Source: Macrostomum lignano (taxonomy: Eukaryota). Taken from it: 64,000 nucleotides of DNA. The DNA lies in assembly GCA_002269645.1 (NCBI GenBank), contig NIVC01000739.1, positions 124,001-188,000 on the forward strand. Reading direction: 5' to 3'. Shown in pieces: positions 1 through 13,529 of the stretch. A model generated the notes under the pieces. It saw only the letters and a program-made list of their open reading frames with translations, had not been told where the DNA came from and did not search any database. Made by a program: the position numbers and the translations under genes. The number at the start of each line of letters is the position of its first letter. Positions within the stretch are counted from its first letter, which is position 1.

Positions 1-3000
1 GTATTTACAATGTGAAGTTGAACATCATTCCTCATCGCTGACCAGAATTGCAGAAATTGGCCAGAGACTGGCTCAAAGTGACGAGTTAAACGCCGGTCTT
101 CGTGAGCGCATTTTACAGCAGAAGAAAGGAATTGAAAAACTATACGGCAAATTGAAGGTTCAGCTGGAGTCTAAGAAGGTGAGTCCGTGACGTTAATGGG
201 TATACCATTTTGAACTTACTGTGGAGTTCTTCAATAAACGACATCGCCCTCTCCATCTCACAGAAAATAGCTGACAGACATAATCGGATGTGCAAGAAGT
301 TAGCCGAATTTAATTATTTGACTGACAAAGCGAAATCTTGGATGAAGAAGTGCCATCAGAAACTTGACAGGATACGCAGTAGTCTGAATATGGTCCCTGT
401 TGAAGAACGTGACGTTATGGTGAGAGCAGATCTTGTTGATGCACTTGTAAATAAGCTTGCAAATGCCGAACACTGATGCCATAAACCTGCGCAACCCAAT
501 TAGCTCATTAAATCGGAAATTAGCAACGGAAAATTACACAACCTGACGCGCGCAATCGAGGCTGGCGAGGGTCTCAAGCAGAAATCGAACTGTCCTCCCT
601 ATGTCGCTGCATATGTCAAAGAGGTCGAGGGTCTGTGGTGCTCGCTGGACTACAAGTTAACCAGAGTGCAGAAGGAGGTTAAGGATTCGATTAGAAAGCG
701 GCTCGAAGTGCGGCAGCAACTGCAGGAAGCCGACAGCAGGCTGAAAGATTTGGAGACGCTTTTCAATGATCTGTCACGGCAGAAAAAAGTTCTTCTAAAT
801 GAGCAAGTTCAACAGGTTAATGAGCTTAAGGTAAGCTGAATCAGAGAGAGTCAGATAAAATAATATATTTTCAAGAATTAGAAAGCCTTGTTCTTCTAGC
901 TTTTGTTCTAACTTTCGTGCTGTAACCATCAAGCATTCCTTCAAAATCGAATTCGGCACATTTTTCAAGGTATTCAGCTTCTAATTGTTCTATTTTCAGA
1001 CACTAAAAGAAGATGGTCATAAATTGAAGACATCACTAGAGCAACTAAACCGAAGCGCGTCAATGCAGAGGTATGGCGTCAGAGAACAACATGACTCATT
1101 ATTAAATCGTTGTCAAACGCTTCAGAAAACGGTTCAGGTAAGTTTAAACAATTTTAATCTGTGAGGGGTGTCCCAGAAGTAATGTCACTTTTTCTTGTAA
1201 AGCTTATTCTAATGGAACACTTAACTGGGAAACACATGATAAAGCGGCACAGTCTAGCTAAATTTTGACGTTGAAATTTGGAAAAAATTACACACTTTCT
1301 AGTTGTGGCAGAAAGTAAAAATGAATCTACTTCTGGGAAACCTAGTGGCGTCGCAGCTAGGACGACAGGGGGGGGGGGGTACGATCCCTCCAAGAAAAAT
1401 CTATGGGGGGGCTACCAATGCTTTGCCTTCCACCCTATCTTGTGACCAAGAGGACCAAAAAGATGGAAATAAAAAATTTTGCTTCAAGGCGTCATGATGA
1501 GTGCCTGCGGTGCCTAAATGACAATAATGGTGCAACACTGATTCCCAAAATAATACAGGAATTTAGTCATGCCAAAATCTTGGCTTTGTCCCCCCACCAT
1601 AAAATCCATAACGACGCCCCAGGGGAAACCCCGTAGTTGCAGAAGCAACAATAGTGATTCCAATCAATTGCAGACATTGCTTGACGAGCTGTCCAGCTCT
1701 GTGAAAGAGCAGCAGACTTGGACTGCTTCCGTTGAAAAGTTCAAAAGGGATGTCCAAGAATGGATGAAGCTTTGCAGTGACTGCACGGTTCAAGAAAACG
1801 ACGCAACTGAACATTCGGGAAAATGGCAGAGCCTAGCAGAACAGCTGGCCAAAACGGGCGAAGAGATGCAAGTAAACTTTGATGCAATGCAACAGAAGTA
1901 CCTAAGACTTGCAGACAGTCACCACAGCAGTCTTGATCTTCATGAACAAATGCACGAAATAAATCGTTCTTTTTGTAAAGCTAAGGACGGTGCAGCTGCA
2001 TCTCTGGTAAGTGATTAGAGTAATCAAGAGAACTACAGAGAGAATTTTGCAGCTAAATTATTTGTTTTAATTTCAGGATGCGCTGCAAAATCGAATTCAG
2101 TTGGCCGAGTTTGTTAACCAGTTCGACCATCTGGTGTCGGCTGCCTCAGACTGGGCAAATTCCATTGACGCTTTGTTGGCTGAAATCGAAAATAAAATGC
2201 TGGTAGAGCCAGTAGCCCAAGAGGAGATGCAGGTATGTAAAATCTAAACTACATTTGCATACGAAGTTTTTAAATTCAGTAATTTAAAAAATGTCACTTT
2301 TTAGTTAATTGACGACAGCTTTCCGGAGGGTGACAGCAAGTTTGACCAAGCAGTGGAAGCTGGTACCGCTCTGATGAACAAGCAGTTCTGTCCTGCTAGG
2401 GTTGGACATCAGCTTGCAGATTTGGAGGTGCAATTTCTCCAGTTAAAACAACACAAGCAGCAAGTTCAGATCAGCGTTATTGACAATTTACAAAAGGCAG
2501 AAGTTCTGAAAGATGAAATTAATAGATTGGATCCGGAGTTGATGACTGCTGAGGCCAAACTCAAGCGCTGCTGTGATCGACAAGACGCTGAGCTCGCTTG
2601 TAGAAAGCAGCAGAGATCAGAGCTGGAAGTATGTAATGTTTTATTAAATTGCTTTTAATATACAGTGCACAGATTTTTGTTTAAATAATCACACTAAAGC
2701 GAGTTGTTTCCAATTTGCTAGGCAATACTGAGCGAGATACAAGTCATGAAGAATAGATTCACAATTCTCTGCTTGGATTCTGACATTGCGTGCGCCAAGC
2801 ATGACGAGTTTCGCATTAATTCCTGCAGAGCATGGTATTATGAATTGGAAGACACAGCTCAGGTAATTATAACTTCTCTGCAAATATTTTTGTTTAACTA
2901 CGTTTTTTAATTGTCTGGGTTTCTACTTTCAGAAACATTTAGAGAAACTGAGCCAATCGATTGAGCATCATGAAAAGTTTGAGAAGAAACTGAGAGAGAT

Positions 3001-5263
3001 GCACAAAAAAGTTTGCGATATAAATAGAAAATTTGAGCAAACGAATGCTGCCAGAAACTTAGTCCAGTCACTTTCCTATGTGGATCTTCAAAAACAATTG
3101 GAGCTTTTGAGATCCTACCACTCTGATGTCGACAGTTGTTTATCAGAAAGTTCTCTGGGCAGTTTACTGAGGAATATAATTGACACAATGATTGACAAAA
3201 GACACTCTGAGCCACGCAGAACTGTTGAGGCTCAATATGAGTCACTGAAGAATGAGATTGACAATCTGAAGTCTTCGCTAACAGTGGCAGAGGTTAGTTT
3301 CTGCATCTGTACATTGCTACTTCGTACTTTTATTGAACTAACCATCACGAAAGTTTGCTCTAAAAAATTTCTTCAATCGAATTTGAATTTCTTTTTTTTA
3401 GAAAACTGTCACAGAAAAGCTGATCAAGCTTTCTGTTCAAGCGAAAAAGCAACAGTTTGATAAAGAATTTTTGCATTGCTCAAACTGGATTTCCGGAAAG
3501 TCCGAATCCTTGCCTCGAATTCAATTAACGATCTCAGACTCGGAAGACCTGAGCCTCATTGATCAGCAGGTGAAATGCCTGGCTGACCTGTGCTGCGAAA
3601 TCGATCAGTGGCAGAGCACTGTAGAAAATGTGAAGCAACTGGGCAGGGATCTCACGGAGCAGTCGGGCCAGCTAGATGCCAGGCCAGTGAGCCAACAGAA
3701 TGTCCAGGAATTGGTGACGTCGTTAGCCATCCGGTACGACTATTTGAAAGCAGACGCGGCTCAAAATATGGTGAGACACTTTTTAGTTCTTTTAAAGCTG
3801 TGACACTTTCGGCAATGTAATAAGCACCAGTAAAAACAGGTTGCGTTATTATTTAAACAAACAAGAGAAGTAAAAGCAGTTCAAAAGTTGCAATGATAGA
3901 CGGTAGAAAGCATAATTGTTGCATTTACACGTGTAAGTGCACTTGGAAAGTAAAAGTGCATTTTTGGTGCTTTTGTTTAGTTGTACTGTATTTAAACTGA
4001 AATGTAACTTATGTATTTTTACATCAGCGTCACACGCAACTTGTCTCAATCCTTTTTCATTTATCAGGCAACCGGGAAGAGATATTTCAGCCAGAAATAT
4101 GTTACTGCGTGCCGAGATTTTGAAAGACGAAGGCGGCACATCTGTGAATGGATAGAAGGCACGCTATCGAAAATCGGCGATCTCAGCTATCAGTTTGAGG
4201 ACAGGCGCCTCGATGTGAGTATTGGATTGAGTAGCTGTAATGACCCCAAAAAACTTTAACAACCATTTGGCAACTCAGTTTAATGTAAATGTATTAAATC
4301 CGCGTAAATTCAAGGCAATCGAGAACAGCATGGCAGAAGATGGAGAGCGGTGGTTGAACTCAGCCCTGAAAGCTGGCACCAGAATTCCCGCCAGGCTGCA
4401 ATCCACTTCGGGAGTCGAACCTCACCCGGAAATCCAAAGACAGTTAGAAGAGCTCATGGACCATTGGGACGTGCTTAACTCTGCTGTTAACCAGGTGTGA
4501 TTGACTTTACTACAGTACTTGTGTTTGTATAACTGAGCTGGCTATAGCCATAGGCCTACAATTACATACAGTAATATAGGCTTAATCTTCTGCATGATCA
4601 CAACCTTTTCGCTTCCACTGATGCAATCCCTTTGCTAAACCATTCTGTGTACAGGTCAGAGCAAATGCTCAGGCTGAGCAGCCTAGTCAACAAAGCGACG
4701 ACACTGCAATGAGTCGAAAATTTCTACAGTGCGCACATGTGCCCGACCGGGAACTTCGTAAAAAGTTACAATCTGGATTAAGCATGCACATTTTAAGCAT
4801 CGAAGAAATAAGGAATCCTGTTTTAGATCGACGCTTTAATGATGTTCGAAGCCAATTATTTGATAGCAACTGCCAGTCAAAGCTGCTCTTTCATGGAACG
4901 AAAGAAGAAAATGCAGAATGCATTATCAGAGATGGTTTCAGATTTGGACATCGGGGCAAGTTTGGGGTGGGAATCTACTTTGCCACCAATTTGGCGAGCT
5001 CAGCTCGGCACTCTGAGGACGCGATAAAGTGCCTGCTAGTATGCGAAGTCCTGGTGGGCTTGAAGTGGACTTGCAACGATATTAACGATGAAATTGATTT
5101 GAGCATGGTGCAAAGCCGAGGCTGCGATTCTGTCTACTCGCGATTGGAATTTCTCAACACCGCTCGAGGCGGCGCTGATGGCGAAGACAAGGATGAGTAC
5201 GTGATCTACAGGACTGAGCAGGCTACACCCCGGTATCTGGTTAAACTACTGCTTGATACTTAA
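1..5263 (+). CDS. Multi-exon spectrin-like-repeat protein with C-terminal PARP (ADP-ribosyltransferase) catalytic domain; 5' end lies before the window
   Basis: Short GT-AG introns separate helical exons (e.g. 264-419, 504-830; last exon 4655-5263). Exons show spectrin/nesprin-like helices with spaced Trp residues. The last exon has LLFHGT, GKFGVGIYFA and DEYVIYRTEQATPRYLV (PARP H-Y-E triad). Not every internal exon boundary was resolved. Confidence 0.85.
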
Positions 5264-5604
5264 ATGTAAAATCTGAATTTACTTATTGAATTATTTTAGT
5301 TGATTTTCAATTGTAACTGATTAAGATCATTTGACACTGTCTAAGACTAAAACAAACTGTTATTAAAACAAATATTTCCTTCAACGTTAAAAAGTTTGAA
5401 TAACTTGTTGCACACCTGTAGTAAGGAGAAACTCCAAAATGTTTTTGCATGCTCAACAACTTAAAAATATTCTAATTAAGAACTCTTCAAGGCAATGATT
5501 TGATTTTTATTCAATTCTTTTCTGTCTTTCATACGCTCGTAAGCTGATTGTATCGTCCTAGGAGACAAGGGGGTATAGGAGCGTCCAAACCAAGAGACAG
5601 GGAA

Positions 5605-5715
5605 ACAGGGGCGCTCACCCACAGAGAGGGGCGCCTGTATCAAGACACAGGGGCGCTCACCCACAGAGAGGGGCGCCTGTATCAAGACACAGGGGCGCTC
5701 ACCAAGAGAAAGGGC
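5605..5715. repeat. 42-bp tandem repeat, about 2.5 copies
   Basis: Unit acaggggcgctcacccacagagaggggcgcctgtatcaagac. Confidence 0.85.
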
Positions 5716-6428
5716 GCCCACTGAGAATTAAACAAATATCGGTGCCTCTTTTTGGAGGGTTAGTGGGGTAAGCCCTCCAAATAAAATTCCTGCGTACGCC
5801 ACTGCTTTTTATACAAAGGTATTCTACACTGCGGTGCGTAAAATAAAGTCTAAAAAATCTGTCAATATTTTTTGCAAGCAAATGCTTTATAAATATATAT
5901 TTGTTTTTTCTAAGTACTTTCACTTACAATTACATTGTATATAGTCGAAGACCCGTCATAATAATAGTAATGGTTTTAGTAGGTCACATTAAAGAGCACA
6001 GCGCCACAGGACGTTCCTTAATTACGTCATTCGTGTAGAGATTGCTAGCTAATAGAAGTTAGGTACATTTACACGATGTAGTGCACTTACAGTAGTAAGA
6101 GAAAGCTTTATGCAGCATAAGCACGAAGCAAAATTAACTTACACTCAGTATCAAATGACAACAAGTGCAATTTGGTAGACCAGTCTGACCAATAATTGTT
6201 ACATTTAAATAGTTGCTAAGATGCAAAGAGACGGAAATCGCGGATGTTATCTCGGCAGTTAAAAATCTTTTTGTGACGGTGTGGGCTAGGGATATAGTTT
6301 GTTCATCAACCTCAAAAGCCAAAGGTTGTTATGGATAGTAAGCTCCCTGGTTGGTAGTACTTCATCATGCGACCCAATGCGTTAGCGCATTATTAATAAA
6401 CTAACTTAGCGCGAACGTCTAAGTGGAG

Positions 6429-6655
6429 CAGGGGTCGACAAACTCCGGCCAGAGGGTCCTATGCGGCCTGCAATCCTCAACTCTATCCGGCCCTCGGGTC
6501 CTTTGAAATTTCACAATAGCAGTTCGGCCTGCTCACGGTTTGCGTCTCTTCTCAGCTCTCTAGTCGAGTCTGAAGTCTCTTTTCTCTCCTCTCCTCTGAC
6601 CCGCAGTCATGAGCTAGGTTCTCTATCTAGCCTTTCAGGTGTTTACCAACCCCTG
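6429..6655. mobile_element. hAT-type MITE, degraded
   Basis: Ends caggggtcgacaaac and gtttaccaacccctg are imperfect TIRs; right flank gtctagag resembles an hAT target, left TSD is degraded. Confidence 0.5.
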
Positions 6656-6831
6656 GTCTAGAGCATACAAAGTGCAATAGTTTTTTTAACTTGGAATGAG
6701 CTGATAGCTGTACTGTTTGTATTGAAAAGATGGAACTCGCTAAAACAGTAGCTGTAGCCGTTATAGCTGAATTGTTGAAGACAAACGCTTTTTAGAATTT
6801 GCTCTGGTTACATCTAGCAGATGTTCTTAGC

Positions 6832-7194
6832 CAGGGATGGATTTAGGAGAGGGGGCGGGGGGCGGCCGCTCTTTCCCGAAACAGCTTGATAGAACATAAT
6901 GCGCCCCCTCAAAACATAAGTTTGCGCCATTTAAACTTGATTTTTTGCCCCCTTCACGCATTTTTTGCGACCCTAAGCTTGACTCCCCCCCCTACACGCA
7001 TTTTTTGCGACCCTAAGCTTGATTCCCCCCCCCCTACACGCATTTTTTGCGACCCTAAGCTTGATTCCCCCCCCCTACACGCATTTTTTGCGCCCCAAGC
7101 TTGAAATTGGCGCCCCTCATATTGCAATTACTTATGTTGGCGCCCCAAACTTGGACCGCCCCCCACCCCAAATGAAATTCTAGATCCGACACTG
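6832..7194. mobile_element. hAT-like MITE with internal ~40-bp tandem repeat
   Basis: Ends cagggatggatttag and ctagatccgacactg; flanks ttcttagc and ttcttata (6/8 TSD match); internal repeats of acgcattttttgcgaccctaagcttga. Confidence 0.5.
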
Positions 7195-8073
7195 TTCTTA
7201 TAGCCAATGACTAAAAAAAGCTAACACGCTAAGCATTATGCAGTAGACAGTCCAAGTTGTTATACATGTAATGGATAAATTCAAAGCGATGCTGGGGCAA
7301 ATAGTACTCGGAAAACACTTTTTAATTAAGTAAATTTACGCACATCCTTGTGTACCACCAGAAAGCAGACGGTATCTCGGAAAGCATAAATATTTGTGTT
7401 CGGAATAAATTTTTTTTCTAAACGTCAGAAATTACATAAAAATCAACTGCAATTTAAAATACACCACGCAACAAAATGTTTTTAACAAGTATTGAGGGTG
7501 TCGCAACTGCAGTATACACAAACGGTCAATGAATTGATAACATGCAACTCGCAAAACGCTCATAATTAAATAAGCAAATGAATAAAGAATAGAAAAACGT
7601 GGTAACACTCTGGATCTGAAAAAACGCATTAATGCACCTTTTTCAAGCTATAGATTTTGTGTACTGGGAAACGGCATAAAAGGGTGGTGAATTTTGGTCT
7701 GAAAAGCCATTATTTGACTAACGATAATATTGCTGCCACGAATTGACTGCTAAACAATAACCTGAACCCAACGAGCTTAACCTGAAACCCAACCCTACCG
7801 AAACCTACATTAAACCATAGACAGAACCCTAATTCCTAAACCCTAACGTCGATCATCGGCAGTCAATTTGTGACAGTCGAATTGCGGCAGTCAATTTGTC
7901 ACTCTCCCTGTGCAGCAATAGTATGCCCTGGTTTAGAAAGATAACTCGCATTTGTGGCTTCTGGAATTTAGATTAAAAAGTGCCAAAAACCTCGACAAGA
8001 AAGCGGTAAAAACGCAAACTGAAAAAACATCTGTCACATGGAAATGTGGACGCGAAAAATTTCAGTGCAAATT

Positions 8074-11000
8074 TCACGTGAACTTAACCAGGTACCTCGG
8101 CGTGGCCTGCTCTGGCCGGTACACTATGTACTCATCGTTGACGACTCCTCCAGTTTTCTTGGTATTTCTTTTAGCAAACACAGAATCGTAGCCGGCAGCT
8201 CGAATCGAATCCAAGGTCAGGTCATGTCTGGGTGCTTTGCATAGCATTGTCTTGCCAAGAACAACCTCGCACAATAGCAGAGTCTTCACTCCGCTCTCCT
8301 TACAGTACTGGGCGCTCTTTGTAGTGTCGGTGGCAAAATAGATACCAGCACCGAACATGCCTTTAGATCCGATGCGAAATCCATCCTTGATGATGCTCTC
8401 AGCGCTACTGCCGGAAGTTCCGTGAATGAGCAGTTCTGGGGAGCAATTTTTTTTAAATAGTTCATTATACACATTGTACAGACGCCCATCCAGAGTTGGA
8501 TTAACAATCCTTTCAATGCTTTTCACTTGGACACTGATTTTGTGCTCCGGTTTTATGTAGCGCATTACTCTATCGTGGATTTTAACGTATTCCAAAGCGG
8601 TTTCTTCGCTGTCTTCGTTTAGTATCGTGCGCTCGGTGCCGCCTCTGCCGTCCCGACTGCCGTCAGCCAGCCGCTCCGTGTGAATCTGGGACGCCAGTGA
8701 CCAGCACTTGGAGCAAAATCGATTGTTCATTCGCCGACAGGAAGTGCGCCAGTCAAGTTCTTCAGTGTGACCGCAGTCAAAACGTCTTTTGCACTTCTCC
8801 TGCAAGAAATGGAAGGAATAATTAGCAAATTTTCTTAAAGAATAAAATATGAAAAACGTAAATGATCATACCCGAATCTGCTTTGCGATCTCTTTGAGCA
8901 CACCGTAGCTGTGCTTAAGCTGATCCACCTGCTGTTTGATCTCGTAACGGTTTCTGGGATTTAGCTTCATAATTTGTTGAGCCAATCGACCGACTTCGTC
9001 AACTCTAGTTTTGAGTCTGTCAGTCTCGGAGCACAAATCGTTTAGTCGTTTATCTTGTTGCTCCAGCAACTGACTTTGCTGCTGTTGCATCCGCTGCTCC
9101 TGTTGTTGCATGGATGGAGACGGTGCAAACATCTTTAGCAGCGCCCCTCTTTTTTGATTAAAAGGCTGACTCGATTTTTCGGCATCCTGCGCTGAAGCTT
9201 CGTTCAAGATAGCAGTCATGGTCTGTTCTATCTGAGTTGTGCACTGCCGCAGTCGTGTGGAAAACTGTTCGCGCATTTGGGCGGCCTCGCCGAAATCCGG
9301 TGGGGTGGCCGCTTCCTCTTCGTAAAGAGTTGGCGGCTGTCGTTGCTGCTGCCTATCCGCATGTTGCTTTCTACGAAAATTTTGATGGCGTCGATCGCGA
9401 AACGAGCCGGATCGGTGAAACTGTTGATGGAAATTTGTGTCTTCTTTAACTATAGCCTCGGCACCTTGAGAGCCAACACGTCCATCTGAAAGTTGCTGAG
9501 GCCCTTGCCGGTTCATTACAGCCTCAGCTTGAGCCGGCAGAGACTGCATGAAACTTGTCTGAAATAAACAGTACAAAAGGAATTCTCGATGTATAATTTA
9601 GGACACAAATATTACTGAATAGAACTCAATGAAGACTCATTTTTATCCTTACCTGTGCCGGTGTGACAGCTTCTGAGGTTGTCTTCCAGTTGTCCGAACG
9701 ATGGCTGGAGTCGCCGGTATGCGACAGCTGGAAGGGCGATAGTTTTCTCAAAATGTAGCATCTACATTGATCATTATAAGATATTTTTAAGCATCCATCA
9801 TCAACTTGTTGATAAACTTTGAACGTGTGTCAGAGCACTTGTAAAGTAATTTTAAAGCGATTAAAGCAGCTTTACTAGTACTTTGATTGATCGATCGAAA
9901 AGCCCTCACCTGCAGATGCAGATGCTCAATCGCTTCTTTCAGTCCGGCATAGCTCTCTTTTAGGTGTCGCACCTGCTGATCTATCTCACCGCACAGCTCA
10001 ACGTTACCAGAATTGCCCTTGACAAGTTGCCGTCCAAGCCAAGAAACGGTGCTCACGTTGCTCCACCGTTCTTCCACTTCGCGGCTCACGCTTGCCAGAC
10101 GGACACTCGAGTCGCCACTGAGATCGGCTGCATCGGAAATGCTTAGCACTGTCTTCATGGTGGCCTCGATCCAGGCGCGACACTCTTCCAGACTCTCGTG
10201 GTAGGAAGGTTGAGGACGCCTGCATGGGGTTTTTGAGCAGGTTTTTAAAGTTCTTTGCTTGATGTCATTAAAGTTACAGGTATTCCATTTTGTTAAGGCA
10301 GTCGTTATTTTTCCGGTGACCGGACGAATGGCCTTTTTACTATTTGTCCGGTCAAATTGCTAACTGATGAATATTCTAGATTTTTAAGACTTTTTCACGT
10401 ATACTGATTAATATTTTGTTGTATACTAGTAGACACTAGTGTACATGTATAAGAAAAGCAGTGTATTCAATTCGGCATAATTTGGTGTATAAGACAAACA
10501 CTAGTATAACAACATAATAATCAAGATACGAGTAAGAAGTCTTTGAAGTCTAGGATCACCCTTGTAGTTTCTATAAAATAGATATTTTAGCATTATCAAT
10601 TTAACCGGTCAAATAATAAAAAGCCTATTTGTCCGGTATTAACCAGATGAACGGGAAAGCAATGGCCATTATCCAGTAACCGGACAAATAACCACATCGC
10701 TATTCGTCCGGTCACCGGACATATAACAACTGCCTTTTGTTAAATTTACGCCTAGACTTTTTAGCTTTAGCTTGGTCAACGTAGTTACCAAAAAATTGTT
10801 TACCATCGCAATAATGTCAGTTTCACGAGTGACTACAATCTAAACTGATTTTAGAAAGGAATTTTCCTACATCTATAAATGGCAACTGTTGATGACAATT
10901 GACAGCTGGATTTCTGACGCAAAAAACAGCAACAGAGGCACTCACTAGCTACTGATTAGTAACAAATATGAATGCAAGCCAAGCGACAGCATCACAATGC

Positions 11001-13529
11001 AACAATATCTTACCTTTGAGCACCATAACCCCTGCTGCGACTGCCGCGCATTGATTGGCTACGAACAAAGTTTCCCATGGAGGAAGTCGGCCCTGCCGTC
11101 TTGACAGGGTTATTCTGCTAGAATGAATGAAATCACATGAATATAATAATACAAATAATATTGGATTACACCCACCTTAATGGACCGCAGCTATTGCGCG
11201 TTGCATCTGAAGGCTCATACGGCTGTTCAGTCCAAGGACTGAGGTGTCGCCACACACACCCTCAATTACCCCAGCTAATGCTGGCACCCATTTTACAGCT
11301 GGGTGAACTGAAGCAATGAAGATTTAGTGTCTTGCTCAAGGGCACAAATTGTTCCAGTGGGACCAGAATCGAACTGCCGACCTTCCAAGTCGTGAGTCCG
11401 ACGCTCTAACCACTAGGCTACAACCCTAATGTCATAAAGGTTTAATGATAGTTGTGAGCACACTGAGCACGATTGATCTGCACCTTGGACTATACTTTGA
11501 AACTACTTTGAAACAGCTCTCATACTCGTACGTGTACATGTACTCGTAGCTCGTAGTGTGATCAAAAGAATCACTTAATGTGCAGTACAATTGAAAAAGG
11601 TTCAATCACCAAAGCAATTTGCTGGAGTCTTGACAGGTCCAACTGCTACTGGATGCATTTGAGACAAGCACTTAATTGTTAAGGTTGCAGCAAATGCAGC
11701 AGAAGTTGAGCGAATAGTTCCAGTTAGTTGTAAGCTTTCGATTATCAGTAGAGCTCTGAAAAGCGACCGATAAACATTGAAAATTGTTGGTAGAGACGCT
11801 GAATTCCAGCGTTACGCAACAGCCTGCAGATGGTTGAGAGAAGGCAAGAGTTTTCCGAATGGCCTACCATTCTTGATCCAGTGGTTCATCGAATTTATCT
11901 GGATGAGACTGGACTCAAGATTCGGACTCGAAGAAAACGAGGTCCTGCACCATTCATTTATATCTAATAAGGTCATCAAGTGAATGAACTGCAAGAGATT
12001 TATTTAACCAACCAAATATTGGACTTATCTACCACAATTTTTTGAGCCAAACTATGACTGTGATCTATTTCATCAGTGCATCAATAACTGCATTAATGGT
12101 GCAGTCTACTCGACGTTAATGGACTGAATTTCCAACAACAGGCGCCCATCATTATATGGGCGCCTGTTACAAAATGGAGCTCGGATTCCGGAATTACATC
12201 AAGGCGGATTCAGCTCATCCAAATACTATCATATTCTACGATTATGAATTTATGAGAGGTAATTACCCGGTGTTGGTACAGTGACAATAGCTCAAATTAA
12301 TTGCATTACACAGCTGTAACTCGTGCTTGGGTTACATAGCCGCTATGGACAAATTAAGTGCTACTGTGCCACCATATCTTGCTACCATAGACAAAAACTC
12401 CATAACTTTAGCAGACAGACCTTGGATTAAATTCAATGTGTGCTACCGATAAATGGCACAATGGGTGCTACCCATTGGGCTGCAAAAAGCTATACCTGCG
12501 CCACTTGGTATATATTTCATAAAGGTGTTAAAGTTGTCTGCAGATTTCTAATCAAAAGTAAAAACATTAAGAAAAAGCACTTACATCTAAATGCAGCTGC
12601 TGAGCTTGACTTTGAGACTGACCCGTTCGAGTTACAGGTGCAGCTCGAACAGTTGTAGGGGCTGGCTGAGTTGTGGCAAGCTGAACTACAGGTGCAGCTT
12701 CAGCAGTTGTAGCTGGCTGAGATGTGGCAAGCTGAACTACAGGTGCAGCTCGAACAGTTGTAGGGGCTGGCTGAGATGTGGCAAGCTGAACTACAGGTGC
12801 AGCTCGAACAGTTGTAGGGGCTGGCTGAGATGTGGCAAGCTGAACTACAGGGGCAGCTTCAGCAGTTGTAGGAGCTGGCTGAGGTGTGGCAAGCTGAACT
12901 ACAGGTGCAGCTTGAACAGTTGTAGGGGCTGGCTGAGTTGTGGCAAGCTGAACTACAGGTGCAGCTTGAACAGTTGTAGGGGCTGGCTGAGTTGTGGCAA
13001 GCTGAACTACAGGTGCAGCTTGAACAGTTGTAGGGGCTGGCTGAGATATGGCAAGCTGAACTACAGGTGCAGCTTGAACAGTTGTAGGGGCTGGCTGAGA
13101 TGTGGCAAGTTGAACTACAGGTGCAGCTCCAGAAGTTTTATTCGCAGGTGCCGACTGATATTGAGCATGTAACGGAGCAGCCTGGACAACACATTTCGCA
13201 CTTTCTGAGGATTCTTGCTTGGGTAAAGTCGTGGTTTCTGCAGAGCAGTCAGCAGAAAATAGTTGAAAGCCACTGGATTCACCGCATTCGGAGCAAAACT
13301 TGCTGTCCAGTTCATCGGCTTCCTCTTCACATGAGATACAGCTCTTCCTCCACAAATCAATTTGGTGTAGGCATGGCGACGCAGAAAGCAAACATTTCGA
13401 GCAATAGTATTTAAAAAACTCTTTTTGTCCGCATCGTGCACAAAACTTAGCGTGCAACTTCTTAAGTATTGTATTGCACTTCAAACATTTTTTATACAAA
13501 TTAGTTGACAGATTATTACAACTGTTCAT
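8074..13529 (-). CDS. Double-zinc-ribbon / 18-aa repeat / spectrin-like / PARP catalytic domain protein, about 920 aa
   Basis: Phase-compatible exons 13529-12585, 11117-11014, 10219-9910, 9558-8872 and 8799-8074, all with GT/AG sites. N-terminal CxxC pairs (CLKC..CARC..CISC..CSEC), two spectrin-like helical units, and a PARP domain with LLIHGT, GMFGAGIYFA, SAQY, DEYIVYRPEQATPRY. A possible extra exon at ~9760-9652 was not resolved. Confidence 0.75.
10295..10736. mobile_element. Non-autonomous DNA transposon (MITE) in an intron
   Basis: ~37-bp imperfect TIRs aaggcagtcgttattttttccggtgaccggacgaat and attcgtccggtcaccggacatataacaactgcctt. Confidence 0.6.
11180..11425 (-). mobile_element. tRNA-derived SINE, family A
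   Basis: Reverse strand has an A-box/B-box tRNA-like head; body gctggcacccattttacagctgggtgaactgaag is shared with the copy at 25.3 kb. Confidence 0.7.
12630..13130 (-). repeat. Coding 54-bp minisatellite (18-aa unit AAPVVQLATSQPAPTTVQ), 9 copies
   Basis: Read directly from ORF 12567-13604; one copy is 17 aa. Confidence 0.9.

Noticed and set aside
7730-7900. CCTAA-rich segment with short inverted repeats, telomere-like
   Set aside because: Too degenerate for a telomeric array; probably a small transposon fragment that I cannot classify
11560-11994. Possible extra exon of the minus-strand PARP gene
   Set aside because: Has an acceptor-like site, but stops occur in all frames and the flanking exons already join in phase
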